Below, in pieces: positions 8,713 through 17,470 of a DNA stretch of 44,530 bases. Numbering within the stretch: position 1 is the stretch's first letter; each line of letters starts with the position of its first letter. The translations under genes and the position numbers were made by a program. The notes under the pieces were generated by a model. That model ran no database searches, was not told the origin of the DNA, and saw only the letters and a program-made list of their open reading frames with translations. Source of the stretch: a virus (taxonomy: Duplodnaviria; Caudoviricetes); the IMG/VR virus record IMGVR_UViG_3300005805_008859, positions 1 through 44,530 of that record; one strand, written 5' to 3'.

Positions 8713-9284
8713 ATGCAGATATTGATATCGACACACCGTCAAATTTTGATCCGACTGAAATATTTAATTGGCTACGTGCAAGCATGGTGAAGGACGCGCA
8801 GTTGGTCGCTCATCCATGTGGTGTTCATCCTCAGACTGTTCCGGGGGATCCTATCTCCGGGCTAGCAGCTATCCCCTACAGAGAAGCCCAAGCCCACGGG
8901 TATTTCAAGATAGATTTTCTTCACCTTGGTGTATATGATAACTTTTCATCGCGAGATGAAATAGATGCTCTACTAGAATTAGAACCGGATTGGAATCTGT
9001 TGGTGGATGAGAACGTTCAGCAGAAACTATTTCAACTGTCCAAGCACGGAGACATTCTAAATACCGTTAAACCTAAGAATATTGAAGAACTAGCAGATGT
9101 GTTGGCTCTCATTAGACCTGGAAAGAGGCAGCTACTGAAGCTGTACATGGCGCACCGTGAATCCACGCGTAGAATTCTATATGCTAGAGATGAACAGGGA
9201 TATTCATTTAAAAAGAGCCACGCTGTGGCCTATGCTCTAGTGATTAAACTGCAATTGTTGCTAGTTCAGGCGGGAGTACTGTAA
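8709..9284 (+). CDS. dnaE: DNA polymerase III alpha (DnaE)-like catalytic palm/fingers fragment
   Basis: ADIDID, HPCGV, YFKIDFL, LALIRPG and GYSFKKSHAVAYALV all match DnaE motifs. Confidence 0.88.
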   Translation: MNADIDIDTPSNFDPTEIFNWLRASMVKDAQLVAHPCGVHPQTVPGDPISGLAAIPYREAQAHGYFKIDFLHLGVYDNFSSRDEIDALLELEPDWNLLVDENVQQKLFQLSKHGDILNTVKPKNIEELADVLALIRPGKRQLLKLYMAHRESTRRILYARDEQGYSFKKSHAVAYALVIKLQLLLVQAGVL

Positions 9285-9285
9285 A

Positions 9286-9723
9286 TTATTCTTTGGTATT
9301 CTTCTTTAGTTTTATAGGTATGCCTTCAGGTATTGGGATAACTCTTCGACGTTTAACCTTATTCTCTTGAAGTCTGACATATGAGAATGCGTGCCCTATT
9401 ATTCTAGATACATATGCGGAATCAAATGTTTTGTATATTGGTGCAATCTGCTCTGTTAGATTTCTTTTTGCAAATTCAACGCTTAAGGGATATTTATCTG
9501 ATGATTTGTAAAACCATTCTGTGACAATACTTAGAAATGTGGCAATTTTGACATTTTCCTGTTCAGCATAATCAAGAACAAAGGCATTAATTCCTTCATC
9601 TGTAATATTATCTATGATGCACAAATAACACTCTCTTTTATACTCTATAAGAGACAAATATATTAAATTACCACGATCATTAATTAATTCTAATTTTAAT
9701 TCTGGCACTTTCTTTTTAGCCAT
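9286..9723 (-). CDS. Hypothetical protein
   Basis: Only convincing minus-strand ORF; GAGGAA RBS before MAKKK; fills the gap between + strand genes. Confidence 0.75.
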   Translation of the reverse strand: MAKKKVPELKLELINDRGNLIYLSLIEYKRECYLCIIDNITDEGINAFVLDYAEQENVKIATFLSIVTEWFYKSSDKYPLSVEFAKRNLTEQIAPIYKTFDSAYVSRIIGHAFSYVRLQENKVKRRRVIPIPEGIPIKLKKNTKE

Positions 9724-9821
9724 ATTATATTTCCTCAGCGCGATTCTCATCAGAGTGGATTCAACATTATTTAATCATGAGGCAACCTGAGATTCCTTAT
9801 GGTGAAAACTCACAAAAAGTG

Positions 9822-9850
9822 TTTACATGACCTGGGATACGTGGTATAAT
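9822..9850 (+). promoter_or_regulatory. Sigma70-type early promoter
   Basis: GTTTACA-N17-TATAAT, extended -10, upstream A-tract. Confidence 0.82.
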
Positions 9851-9882
9851 TTCATCTATGTTAAGAAGATCTGGAGATTCAT

Positions 9883-10101
9883 ATGAACCACAGCACAATC
9901 TTTGAAGCTCTTGAACAGATGGCAGGCCGCATTCAAGATGACTATGCTACTAAAGTTGGTAACGCTACTCGGTCTGAATGCCTAGCATACGCTCTTGGAT
10001 ATGTTATGTCGCAATTTGCCGCTGAAATTGACAAACTTCCTGAAGCTAACAAGTTAGCTCTACTAGAGAACATCAACTCCTGCCCAAGGTCATTCAAGTA
10101 A
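9883..10101 (+). CDS. Hypothetical protein
   Basis: GGAG RBS, first gene after the promoter. Confidence 0.65.
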   Translation: MNHSTIFEALEQMAGRIQDDYATKVGNATRSECLAYALGYVMSQFAAEIDKLPEANKLALLENINSCPRSFK

Positions 10102-10117
10102 CAGCAGGGAAAATGCC

Positions 10118-11413
10118 ATGACAAACTTTATTGAAATAATTAAGGCGTGTGAGAGAGCAGAAGGAGCTGGCACCAAGAAAACCATCATGGCAGCCCTCAC
10201 CTCGGCTGACAGCATAGCAAGACGCCTCATCAAGGAAGCGCAGGATCCATATCGTGTTTTTGGTGTTCGCAAGTATGAGCTACCAGATACTTACACCAAT
10301 CACAGCGAAACTTCAAATCCTGATCACGACTACGAGATTTTTTTCGCGCTGCTTGATGATCTTGCGGCTCGCGCGCTAACTGGTAATGATGCTCGTGAGG
10401 CTGTTACTCAAGTACTTGGGTTGTTCTCTGAAGAAGAAGCCCACTACCTCACTCGTGTCTTTGATAAAGATCTCAAAGCTGGTTTCAGCGCTGACACTGT
10501 CAACAAGATTTTTCCAGGTCTGGTTCCCACCTTCGAAGTCATGCTGGCTGATAAGTGCGAGACTCCAGAAGACTTTGAAACTGCAATTACATTTCCATGC
10601 CAAGCAGATTTTAAATATGATGGGGAAAGAACCATCGCGATAGTCAAAAAGCATGAAGTGATCTATTATAGCCGTTCAGGAAAAGAGGCCGCCCATGTAG
10701 CTGGTCTCTTTGACGCAGAGCTCTTTAGAATTAGAGATCTTCTTGACTATGATTTTGTGCTTGATGGTGAGCGCTATGCCTCTAATTTCACGGAGACCAT
10801 GAACGCTAAGAAAGATGGCAATGATGCTGCCAAGGCAGCACTCAAATTTAGGGCCTTCTTTCTCATGCCCCTCTCGGACTGGATCGCTCAGAGCACACGC
10901 ATTACCATGCGTCATGCAAGATTCCATCTTGATACTATTTTGGAAATGATTGAGGCAGAGAAGATTGTTCTCTCAGAGGGTCGCGAGGTCACTGACTATG
11001 CGGACATGATGAAGTTCTGTAATGAAGCAATTGATGATCATGGTGTTGAAGGACTCATTCTTAAAGATTGGGAGGCAGTTTATACTTGGGACCGCACCTT
11101 CGCTTGGACAAAGGTTAAAAGGTTTTACGATGTAGATTGTCGGGTAGTCACTACCTATCCTGGAAGAAAAGGAACACGGCTTGAGGGTAAAATGGGAGGT
11201 CTCACTGTTGTTGGATTCCTCGAGAGCGGTGAGCGGGTGGAGGCCAATGTTGGATCAGGATTCAGCGATGAAGACCGAGCTCTTACAGATTGGGTGGGTC
11301 AGACAATTGTAGTAAAATATCAAGAGGTCTCACGCGCAAAGAACAAGACTGTAGCAAGCCTGCGGTTCCCCACCTATGAGCGTCGTCGCGATGACAAGAC
11401 TGTTGAGCTATGA
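10118..11413 (+). CDS. lig: ATP-dependent DNA ligase
   Basis: KYDGER adenylation motif, VLDGE, EGLILK, KVK, VGSGFSD, SLRFP..RRDDK. Confidence 0.95.
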   Translation: MTNFIEIIKACERAEGAGTKKTIMAALTSADSIARRLIKEAQDPYRVFGVRKYELPDTYTNHSETSNPDHDYEIFFALLDDLAARALTGNDAREAVTQVLGLFSEEEAHYLTRVFDKDLKAGFSADTVNKIFPGLVPTFEVMLADKCETPEDFETAITFPCQADFKYDGERTIAIVKKHEVIYYSRSGKEAAHVAGLFDAELFRIRDLLDYDFVLDGERYASNFTETMNAKKDGNDAAKAALKFRAFFLMPLSDWIAQSTRITMRHARFHLDTILEMIEAEKIVLSEGREVTDYADMMKFCNEAIDDHGVEGLILKDWEAVYTWDRTFAWTKVKRFYDVDCRVVTTYPGRKGTRLEGKMGGLTVVGFLESGERVEANVGSGFSDEDRALTDWVGQTIVVKYQEVSRAKNKTVASLRFPTYERRRDDKTVEL

Positions 11414-11449
11414 TGTTACGGATTCATTTAAACCTTAGGGAGAATTGAG

Positions 11450-11623
11450 ATGGTTTCAAGTTTGGTATTTTTTATGGTAGGTTTGGCTGTTGCAGCCTAT
11501 TCCACGCAGGCATGGAGGGCATTCTCTGATTCACCCGCTCAATCAATCTGTGTTGGTTTGGCAGCAGGCATCAGTGCTGGTATGGTAGCCTCTACGCTGT
11601 TGTCAGTTCTGTTTGGCGCATGA
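11450..11623 (+). CDS. Small two-helix membrane protein (57 aa, not in the ORF track)
   Basis: MVSSLVFFMVGLAVAAY...LLSVLFGA; GGGAG RBS. Confidence 0.55.
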   Translation: MVSSLVFFMVGLAVAAYSTQAWRAFSDSPAQSICVGLAAGISAGMVASTLLSVLFGA

Positions 11624-11624
11624 T

Positions 11625-11846
11625 ATGCAGTCACGAATTGGATCTGTAATAGAGACCGCGACTAATATCGTTCTCGGGTTTATAATCTCCCTGGCACTCA
11701 ATGGGTGGGTCCTACCTCTCATGGGGTATCACATTACCATGAGTGAAAATTTAGTTGTCGTTACAATCTTCACCGTAGTGTCCATGATAAGATCATATGT
11801 GCTGAGGAGATTTTTTAATCTTGTTTCCAAAAATCATGGCATATAG
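11625..11846 (+). CDS. Small two-helix membrane protein
   Basis: MQSRIGSVIE..NIVLGF...RSYVLRRFFN pattern, a common phage membrane family. Confidence 0.7.
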   Translation: MQSRIGSVIETATNIVLGFIISLALNGWVLPLMGYHITMSENLVVVTIFTVVSMIRSYVLRRFFNLVSKNHGI

Positions 11847-11853
11847 GAGTGAC

Positions 11854-11861
11854 TATAAATA
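11854..11861 (+). promoter_or_regulatory. T4-type late promoter
   Basis: Exact TATAAATA. Confidence 0.5.
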
Positions 11862-11893
11862 GCAGAGCGACTAATATCTTTTCGCATTGTGCC

Positions 11894-12076
11894 ATGAAAG
11901 TAATTGATCTTCTATCATATAAAAAACAAATGGAACTTCTAGTCATAGAGAATAAACTATCTAGATTGTATAGTGATGACTGCCCTGGGATAGCAAGGGA
12001 CTTGAAATCATATTTTAAGCAGTGGCTTGATAAGAGCACCGAGGTTGAACATGACCGCAAAAATCCTAGAATTTAA
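11894..12076 (+). CDS. Hypothetical protein
   Basis: ATG start MKVIDLLSYKK. Confidence 0.55.
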   Translation: MKVIDLLSYKKQMELLVIENKLSRLYSDDCPGIARDLKSYFKQWLDKSTEVEHDRKNPRI

Positions 12077-12491
12077 GGGTCCTACAGGGAAACCGCATCA
12101 TCGTGAAAATGACTTCAGATTAAGAATTCCCGACACCACCATCTTCAGTGACACACAGGAAGATGTTCTAGGAAGGTGGAGAACTGCTGCTCTTAGAGAT
12201 GAATTAGATGCACACTTTCATGAAAGCCTACCAAAGAATCTCAGAAAGAAGAGACAGAAAAATTATCTAGATGATCTTGACCATCTAGCGTGGATAGAAC
12301 AGCAGCTACAGATGGCAGTCATGGTATTTTCCCCAGGTACCACAACATCTAATCAGCATGGATGGATTTCCTATTTTAGGCATAATAAATATAATTTCAG
12401 TACGCCTGAAATGATTAATGAGGGCACTGCAAGAGGAGTAAATATACTCTGCTTTATTGCATTTGTTGAAGAAAAAAATAAGCACTCCTGA
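12051..12491 (+). CDS. Hypothetical protein
   Basis: GAGG RBS, ATG at 12051. Confidence 0.65.
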   Translation: MTAKILEFKGPTGKPHHRENDFRLRIPDTTIFSDTQEDVLGRWRTAALRDELDAHFHESLPKNLRKKRQKNYLDDLDHLAWIEQQLQMAVMVFSPGTTTSNQHGWISYFRHNKYNFSTPEMINEGTARGVNILCFIAFVEEKNKHS

Positions 12492-12502
12492 TGAAAGGAT
12501 GA

Positions 12503-12748
12503 ATGATGAGTTTCAAATTATCTGTTTATGTTGTAATGGGATCTGATGGTAAATTTTTTGGAGGATTTAATTCAACTGAAAATAAAGCTGTATTTGTTGA
12601 TGACCCCAAGCAAGCAAAAAAATTCACTAATAAACATGATATTAAATTGAGGCCAGATGAACAGCTTGTTGAATTAAGCGTTGATCTATCAACTGTTGAT
12701 GTAGAAATTAGCGAGCCATTTCGCCCACTCCGCAAACCTTCCAAATAA
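12503..12748 (+). CDS. Hypothetical protein
   Basis: AAGGA RBS. Confidence 0.65.
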   Translation: MMSFKLSVYVVMGSDGKFFGGFNSTENKAVFVDDPKQAKKFTNKHDIKLRPDEQLVELSVDLSTVDVEISEPFRPLRKPSK

Positions 12749-12754
12749 CATACT

Positions 12755-12994
12755 GTGATGAATAATATTTGCTTCCCGTCTATTAAAAGGCGGGTGTTAC
12801 TTATTACTGCTCTAATATATGATATATGTATTCTGGTTGGCAAATCATTTGTACAGGGATTGACGTTTTGTCACTCTCTAATTCGTTCAGGCCTAAGAAA
12901 CATTATGGATGATTTCAATTACCTGTGGGCAACTGTATCTCAGGATATGAAGAAGCCAGAGGAAAAAGAAGAAGAAATGTGGAATTCCCATTAA
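12755..12994 (+). CDS. Hypothetical protein
   Basis: ORF fills the gap; weak start signal. Confidence 0.45.
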   Translation: MMNNICFPSIKRRVLLITALIYDICILVGKSFVQGLTFCHSLIRSGLRNIMDDFNYLWATVSQDMKKPEEKEEEMWNSH

Positions 12995-13000
12995 AATCAG

Positions 13001-13030
13001 TTTACATTCAGGCCTAGATCATGATATAAT
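13001..13030 (+). promoter_or_regulatory. Sigma70-type early promoter
   Basis: GTTTACA-N18-TATAAT with TG extension. Confidence 0.75.
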
Positions 13031-13090
13031 CACCTTAGATACAAACTTTTGTGAGTATCAGTTATCACAAACCACTTAAGGAGATTTTAT

Positions 13091-13567
13091 ATGAACAAGA
13101 CTCTTACTGTTGCCACTGAAGTCCAAAAGGTAGTTCTCGAGCGCGTCTTGCTTGCCGAGATTGCTGGTGGATTCTGGAAGAATGCTCGCCCAAGTGATCA
13201 TGCCGATGCATGGGCAGGAGTTGTGGTAGTGACTGGGACAGTGTTGGGAGCCGTAGGATTTGAAATTCCACGCAACTATAATTTTGTCAATCCTGAATTC
13301 TTCAAGAAGACAGGTGACACCATGCTAGCAGCAGCCCTTACCGTCAATCCAAACATTACAGTGCGCCAGCTCAAGAAGCAGCTCATCTCTTTGAATCAAA
13401 TTCTAGGTGCACGATTGAAGGAGATTGGTGGCGACATTGCTAAGTTGAAGCGTGGTCGCAAAAATTCCACCCTGCAAGTAACTCAAACCATCGAGAAGAA
13501 CAACACTCGCGTGACCGTTAGGAAGGCCATGGCGAATATTGTTGAAGCAGAATCTGAAGTAGAGTGA
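13091..13567 (+). CDS. Hypothetical protein
   Basis: AAGGAG RBS. Confidence 0.75.
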   Translation: MNKTLTVATEVQKVVLERVLLAEIAGGFWKNARPSDHADAWAGVVVVTGTVLGAVGFEIPRNYNFVNPEFFKKTGDTMLAAALTVNPNITVRQLKKQLISLNQILGARLKEIGGDIAKLKRGRKNSTLQVTQTIEKNNTRVTVRKAMANIVEAESEVE

Positions 13568-13610
13568 GATGTAGGGAGAGGTTTTAACATTTATTTTGGA
13601 GATAGCACAT

Positions 13611-14447
13611 ATGAAAAAAATCGTCATGACCTCTCCCGAATCATACGGGGTTTCCTACAACATCAATCCATGGATGGAAGGGAATATTGGTCAAACAGAT
13701 CCTGAAGAGGCCTCTCGCCAGTGGTCTGTGGTTAAAGAGTCTCTCATCACTGCCGGAGCGCAACTCACTGTGATGGAGTCTCCGCCAGCTGATTGTCCTG
13801 ATGCTGTATTTGTGGCAAATGCTGGAGTGGTTCTCGGAAAAAAATTCTTACCATCTAGATTCAAGTATGAGCAGAGAGCTGCTGAAGAACCATACTTTAC
13901 CTCTTGGTTTCGTGATGCTGGTTATGAGATCATTGAGCCTGATTATTCTTGCTCTACCAGAGAGAGTCTGGCATTTGAGGGGGCGGGAGATGCGCTGTTC
14001 AATGTGGACAGATCTGACCTGTGGTATGGTATAGGATTCAGAGGCACCTATCCATTCTCAGAGCAGTTACATCAAATTTTTGAGAGTGAAAGGGTGACTG
14101 TTAAGGTGTTGGCCATGGTCAATCCCAATTTCTATCATCTTGATACCTGCTTCTGCCCCCTAGATACTGGTGAGCTGTTGTGGTATCCTGATGCTTTTAG
14201 TGATCACAGCCAGAAGATCATCCGGGCGGCGTACAAGAAATCTGCAATCGAGGTCTCTGCCAGAGATGCAGTAGCTTTTGCCTGTAATGCAATCTCAGTA
14301 GGTTCCTCTATTGTCACATCAGTCATATCACGTGAACTGAATGCACACCTGCAAGCCCGTGGATATGAGGTGTACCAGTGCGATGTTTCTCAGTTCTTAA
14401 AGAGTGGTGGCGGTTGTAAGTGTCTCTCTTTAGAACTTGTTGAATAA
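13611..14447 (+). CDS. Amidinotransferase-superfamily enzyme (arginine dihydrolase / DDAH-like)
   Basis: YNINPWMEGN, PDAVFVANAG, FEGAGD, YHLDTCF, KSGGGCKC catalytic motifs. Confidence 0.88.
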   Translation: MKKIVMTSPESYGVSYNINPWMEGNIGQTDPEEASRQWSVVKESLITAGAQLTVMESPPADCPDAVFVANAGVVLGKKFLPSRFKYEQRAAEEPYFTSWFRDAGYEIIEPDYSCSTRESLAFEGAGDALFNVDRSDLWYGIGFRGTYPFSEQLHQIFESERVTVKVLAMVNPNFYHLDTCFCPLDTGELLWYPDAFSDHSQKIIRAAYKKSAIEVSARDAVAFACNAISVGSSIVTSVISRELNAHLQARGYEVYQCDVSQFLKSGGGCKCLSLELVE

Positions 14448-14469
14448 GTGGTCTCTCTTTAAGTGGCAG

Positions 14470-14540
14470 CACTGTTAAATAGTTCATACACGCCGACTTA
14501 CAAGTAGAAAAATCTAGAGTATAATATACTCATGTTGGTT
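14470..14540 (+). promoter_or_regulatory. 71-bp promoter cassette, copy 1 (palindromic box + early promoter)
   Basis: TGTTA-N6-TCATA then CTTACA-N17-TATAAT; 60/71 identical to 16651-16721. Confidence 0.85.
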
Positions 14541-14569
14541 ATATCTATTAACAATTTATAGGTAAAAAG

Positions 14570-15283
14570 ATGGCTATCTACGATGAACCGGAATACAACT
14601 TAGCAGATATGGACATGCGGGGGTGGGCATTCACACACCGTGATAACTATATTTCCCCAATTGACGCCGCTGAAAAAGAAGGTGTCAAGGTTAGAGATCG
14701 TAGTGTAGCTGTTACAACAAATGTTGGAAGCTCAGTAGAAGTTCCTGTAGTTTTATCCAATTATTCAATGCTGCCAGACAAAAAATTTCAAAGGGCCAAT
14801 CTTAAGAAAAATGGAAAGAGTGTGACGTGCTACATGGTGACTGGTAAGGATCCTAAGGGTGTTCGCTCTGTTTATTTTACGCACGATGATTTTTTGAACA
14901 GTGATGATTTTGTTGAACTTAAGAAAGAAATTGACACGGCTGCCAAAAATTTTCGTGACAAGCATATCGCTTATCTTAAGTCAGAGTTGAACAAGAGCTT
15001 TGCGCCGGCTGCTAAGTTGGCAATGAAAGAGCTTCCCGGTCTTTTAAAGGATGGATCCGCCGCAACCGCGCTGAAGTGGTTTAAATCTAATGGATTTGAT
15101 CTAACAGGCATCAGTGAAGCCGATTTAGAGCCATTCGTAAATATTGTTACCTCAACTGGAGGTGTTACTTCTTCTTTCACCATATCTAGTAAAACCAGAT
15201 GGGGGCATCAAGAAGGAGTCTCAGTGATAATTGATTTTCACGCTAAGAAAATTGTCAAGCATGGATTCTCTAGCGATGATTAA
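14570..15283 (+). CDS. Hypothetical protein
   Basis: 237-aa ORF with its own promoter and terminator. Confidence 0.75.
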   Translation: MAIYDEPEYNLADMDMRGWAFTHRDNYISPIDAAEKEGVKVRDRSVAVTTNVGSSVEVPVVLSNYSMLPDKKFQRANLKKNGKSVTCYMVTGKDPKGVRSVYFTHDDFLNSDDFVELKKEIDTAAKNFRDKHIAYLKSELNKSFAPAAKLAMKELPGLLKDGSAATALKWFKSNGFDLTGISEADLEPFVNIVTSTGGVTSSFTISSKTRWGHQEGVSVIIDFHAKKIVKHGFSSDD

Positions 15284-15323
15284 TCTACAAACACTGCTTG
15301 ACCACACAAATGAAACTTAACCT

Positions 15324-15358
15324 AAGGACCTTTATTCAATTATAAAGGTCCTTTTTTA
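15324..15358 (+). terminator. Rho-independent terminator
   Basis: AAGGACCTTTAT-tcaatt-ATAAAGGTCCTT followed by a T run. Confidence 0.8.
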
Positions 15359-15381
15359 TTCTGCATACCAATTATAATCCT

Positions 15382-15696
15382 GTGAAATTAAATCCGTTTT
15401 TTAGTTTTCTCTTAAATATAATTGAATCTAACGAATTAGCGCGAGGGAGTATGAAACCGGGGCACAGCATTAAGAAACTTGAGTTAGACCTCCTACTGCT
15501 GTACTATACGTTCAGCGATCAGTACGGAGTAGTTGATACTCAACGAGCTCAAAAGTGGGCAAAGGAGCATGTAGGAATTCATATCCCAAGTTCGCCTTTT
15601 ACTATTACTCAAGAGCACGTTGATTTGTTGATTGGCGCACGAATGATCCCTGATGTTCTCCCTTTACTAAATAAGTTCAGAACATTTAAAAATTAA
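15382..15696 (+). CDS. Hypothetical protein
   Basis: ORF; an internal ATG at 15451 after GAGGGAG may be the true start. Confidence 0.55.
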   Translation: MKLNPFFSFLLNIIESNELARGSMKPGHSIKKLELDLLLLYYTFSDQYGVVDTQRAQKWAKEHVGIHIPSSPFTITQEHVDLLIGARMIPDVLPLLNKFRTFKN

Positions 15697-15732
15697 ATGT
15701 GTTAAATAACCTCTCTGCTTTTGGAGAATAGT

Positions 15733-16272
15733 ATGCGGCTATTTTGGTCAGTTGTTACGTTTTGTGTAGTTTGTGCCCTATGTATTGTAACGCTAATGTG
15801 CGAAGCTACTAATTTTAACCCAACTAAGAATAGTATAAACTTACTTGATTCTTCCGCAGTTAAAACAGCTGTAGTGCAGATCAAAGAAAATAAGATGCAG
15901 AGAGCAAATAATATTCCTTATAAACAGAAATGGGTAAGAGTTAGTCAGGATGATGAGAAGGGAATCATCCGCGATGTAGACACAGCATCGATCACATTTT
16001 CTTCCTACAATAAGTTTATTTTTATTCACAGAATCATTCTCAAGTCTCCTGTTGAAATTTCAAACAACCGCTTTCAATTTGTGCTTGCTGTTTCAATGGG
16101 AGATTGCTCAACTTGGACAACAAGAAGTCTGTCAGACGTTGAATATTTGGGCACAGAAAAAGTGTCAAAAGATGTTTTTATTGATCCAGCAGATGTTGAA
16201 GCACCAAAAGATTCATTCAATGATCAAATTTTGCAATATGCATGCAAGCTTAGAGGTCTCATACTGATCTAA
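15733..16272 (+). CDS. Membrane-anchored or secreted hypothetical protein
   Basis: GGAG RBS, N-terminal hydrophobic segment, Cys pair. Confidence 0.6.
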   Translation: MRLFWSVVTFCVVCALCIVTLMCEATNFNPTKNSINLLDSSAVKTAVVQIKENKMQRANNIPYKQKWVRVSQDDEKGIIRDVDTASITFSSYNKFIFIHRIILKSPVEISNNRFQFVLAVSMGDCSTWTTRSLSDVEYLGTEKVSKDVFIDPADVEAPKDSFNDQILQYACKLRGLILI

Positions 16273-16311
16273 GCATTTGAACATACCCATAACACATACG
16301 GAGATTGTATC

Positions 16312-16650
16312 ATGACACAAATAACCACATTCAAAATGGTAACCGGAGAAGAAGTAATCGCAGAAGTAGTTGAGTCACGCAGTGGATCGCATGTCTTGAC
16401 AGAGGATTCTCCTACTTTCAAGAGTGCCGTTACCACCTACATTTTGAAGAGGCCACACACTCTACAGTTCCAGCAACTTGGTAGAGGTCAGGTTGGTTTG
16501 GCACTGGTCCCTTGGACTCTCTCAAATCCAGACATTCGCAGTCTAGAGTTGCCAGCCACAGCAGTCCTACTCACATTTGCTCCCAGTGAAGAGGTTGAAA
16601 AGCAATATCTACAACAGACAAGTGGTATCTCTCTTTCAACTGCCGTCTAA
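16312..16650 (+). CDS. Conserved T4-like-phage small beta-barrel (Sm-like) protein
   Basis: FKMVTGEEVIAEV ... LVPW ... YLQQTSGI pattern. Confidence 0.6.
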   Translation: MTQITTFKMVTGEEVIAEVVESRSGSHVLTEDSPTFKSAVTTYILKRPHTLQFQQLGRGQVGLALVPWTLSNPDIRSLELPATAVLLTFAPSEEVEKQYLQQTSGISLSTAV

Positions 16651-16721
16651 CACTGTTAAATAGTTCACACTGCTTATTTTACAAGTAGAAAAATCTAGAG
16701 TATAATATACTTGTGTTGGTT
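16651..16721 (+). promoter_or_regulatory. 71-bp promoter cassette, copy 2
   Basis: TGTTA-N6-TCACA then TTTACA-N17-TATAAT; 33-bp core identical to copy 1. Confidence 0.85.
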
Positions 16722-16790
16722 CAACCTTGTATATGGAGAGAGCATGTTACCCTTATCTCTAGAAAATTGTAGTAGTTATGAGGAATAATT

Positions 16791-17048
16791 ATGAAGAAGA
16801 TTATCACATCTACTCTTGCACGAGGTACAGTGGGCTCCATTATCAGGAGCACCAATGGAAAAACCCTTTTTAGGGTGTATCAATCCGATGGGGAATTCGA
16901 TGACTACGACATCTCGCACTCAGACATGCTGGTTAAAATCGTTGATGACGATGCCTCATTCTATGAGTTTGCAGACGGCTCTCAATCAGTAGATCACACG
17001 CCAGAGACTCTTGGAATTGCCAGCTCAGTTGGTCAAGTACTTCAATAA
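16791..17048 (+). CDS. Hypothetical protein
   Basis: GAGG RBS. Confidence 0.65.
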   Translation: MKKIITSTLARGTVGSIIRSTNGKTLFRVYQSDGEFDDYDISHSDMLVKIVDDDASFYEFADGSQSVDHTPETLGIASSVGQVLQ

Positions 17049-17059
17049 AGGAGCACGCC

Positions 17060-17470
17060 GTGGGTGAAGCGACTATTCTTGTTAATGCAGTTAGAACACC
17101 TGATGGAACAGTAATCCAGAGCCGCACTCGGCATGATATGTGCTGTCACGTGGATGCCAATGGTCATCAGTACTGTGTTGATGGTGGCTTAGACTACCTA
17201 AGGAGAGCGTGGAGTGATGGTGCTCCCCGGCCCGAAGACATGAGTGTGTACTCGGACGATCCTCACTCGCTCATTCGTGAATCACTTCAATGGGGTACTC
17301 GAGGAAAGGATGGCTCAGAGCCGCTGCGCTGGATTGCTCTCAAGGATATGACTGATGACCATATCACGGCATGTCTCAACACTCAGCCACACATGCGGCC
17401 AGCCATCAGGACTGCAATGATTAATGAACTTCACCACAGAGGAGACAGAGGAGAGCTCAAGAATGAATAA
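17060..17470 (+). CDS. Conserved phage hypothetical protein
   Basis: AAGGAG RBS; QSRTRHD..VDGGLDYLRR, WGTRGKDG. Confidence 0.7.
   Translation: MGEATILVNAVRTPDGTVIQSRTRHDMCCHVDANGHQYCVDGGLDYLRRAWSDGAPRPEDMSVYSDDPHSLIRESLQWGTRGKDGSEPLRWIALKDMTDDHITACLNTQPHMRPAIRTAMINELHHRGDRGELKNE

Noticed and set aside
4045-9284. Split intein, intron or stop-codon read-through joining the DnaE halves
   Set aside because: No intein terminal motifs, intact unrelated genes lie in between, and reading past the TAG hits TAA within 13 codons
14470-14490. dif/XerD-like site (TGTTAAAT)
   Set aside because: Only a partial XerD arm and no XerC arm; better explained as the promoter box
16744-16788. 14-codon ORF MLPLSLENCSSYEE after promoter copy 2
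   Set aside because: Too short, with no attenuator features; cannot be supported
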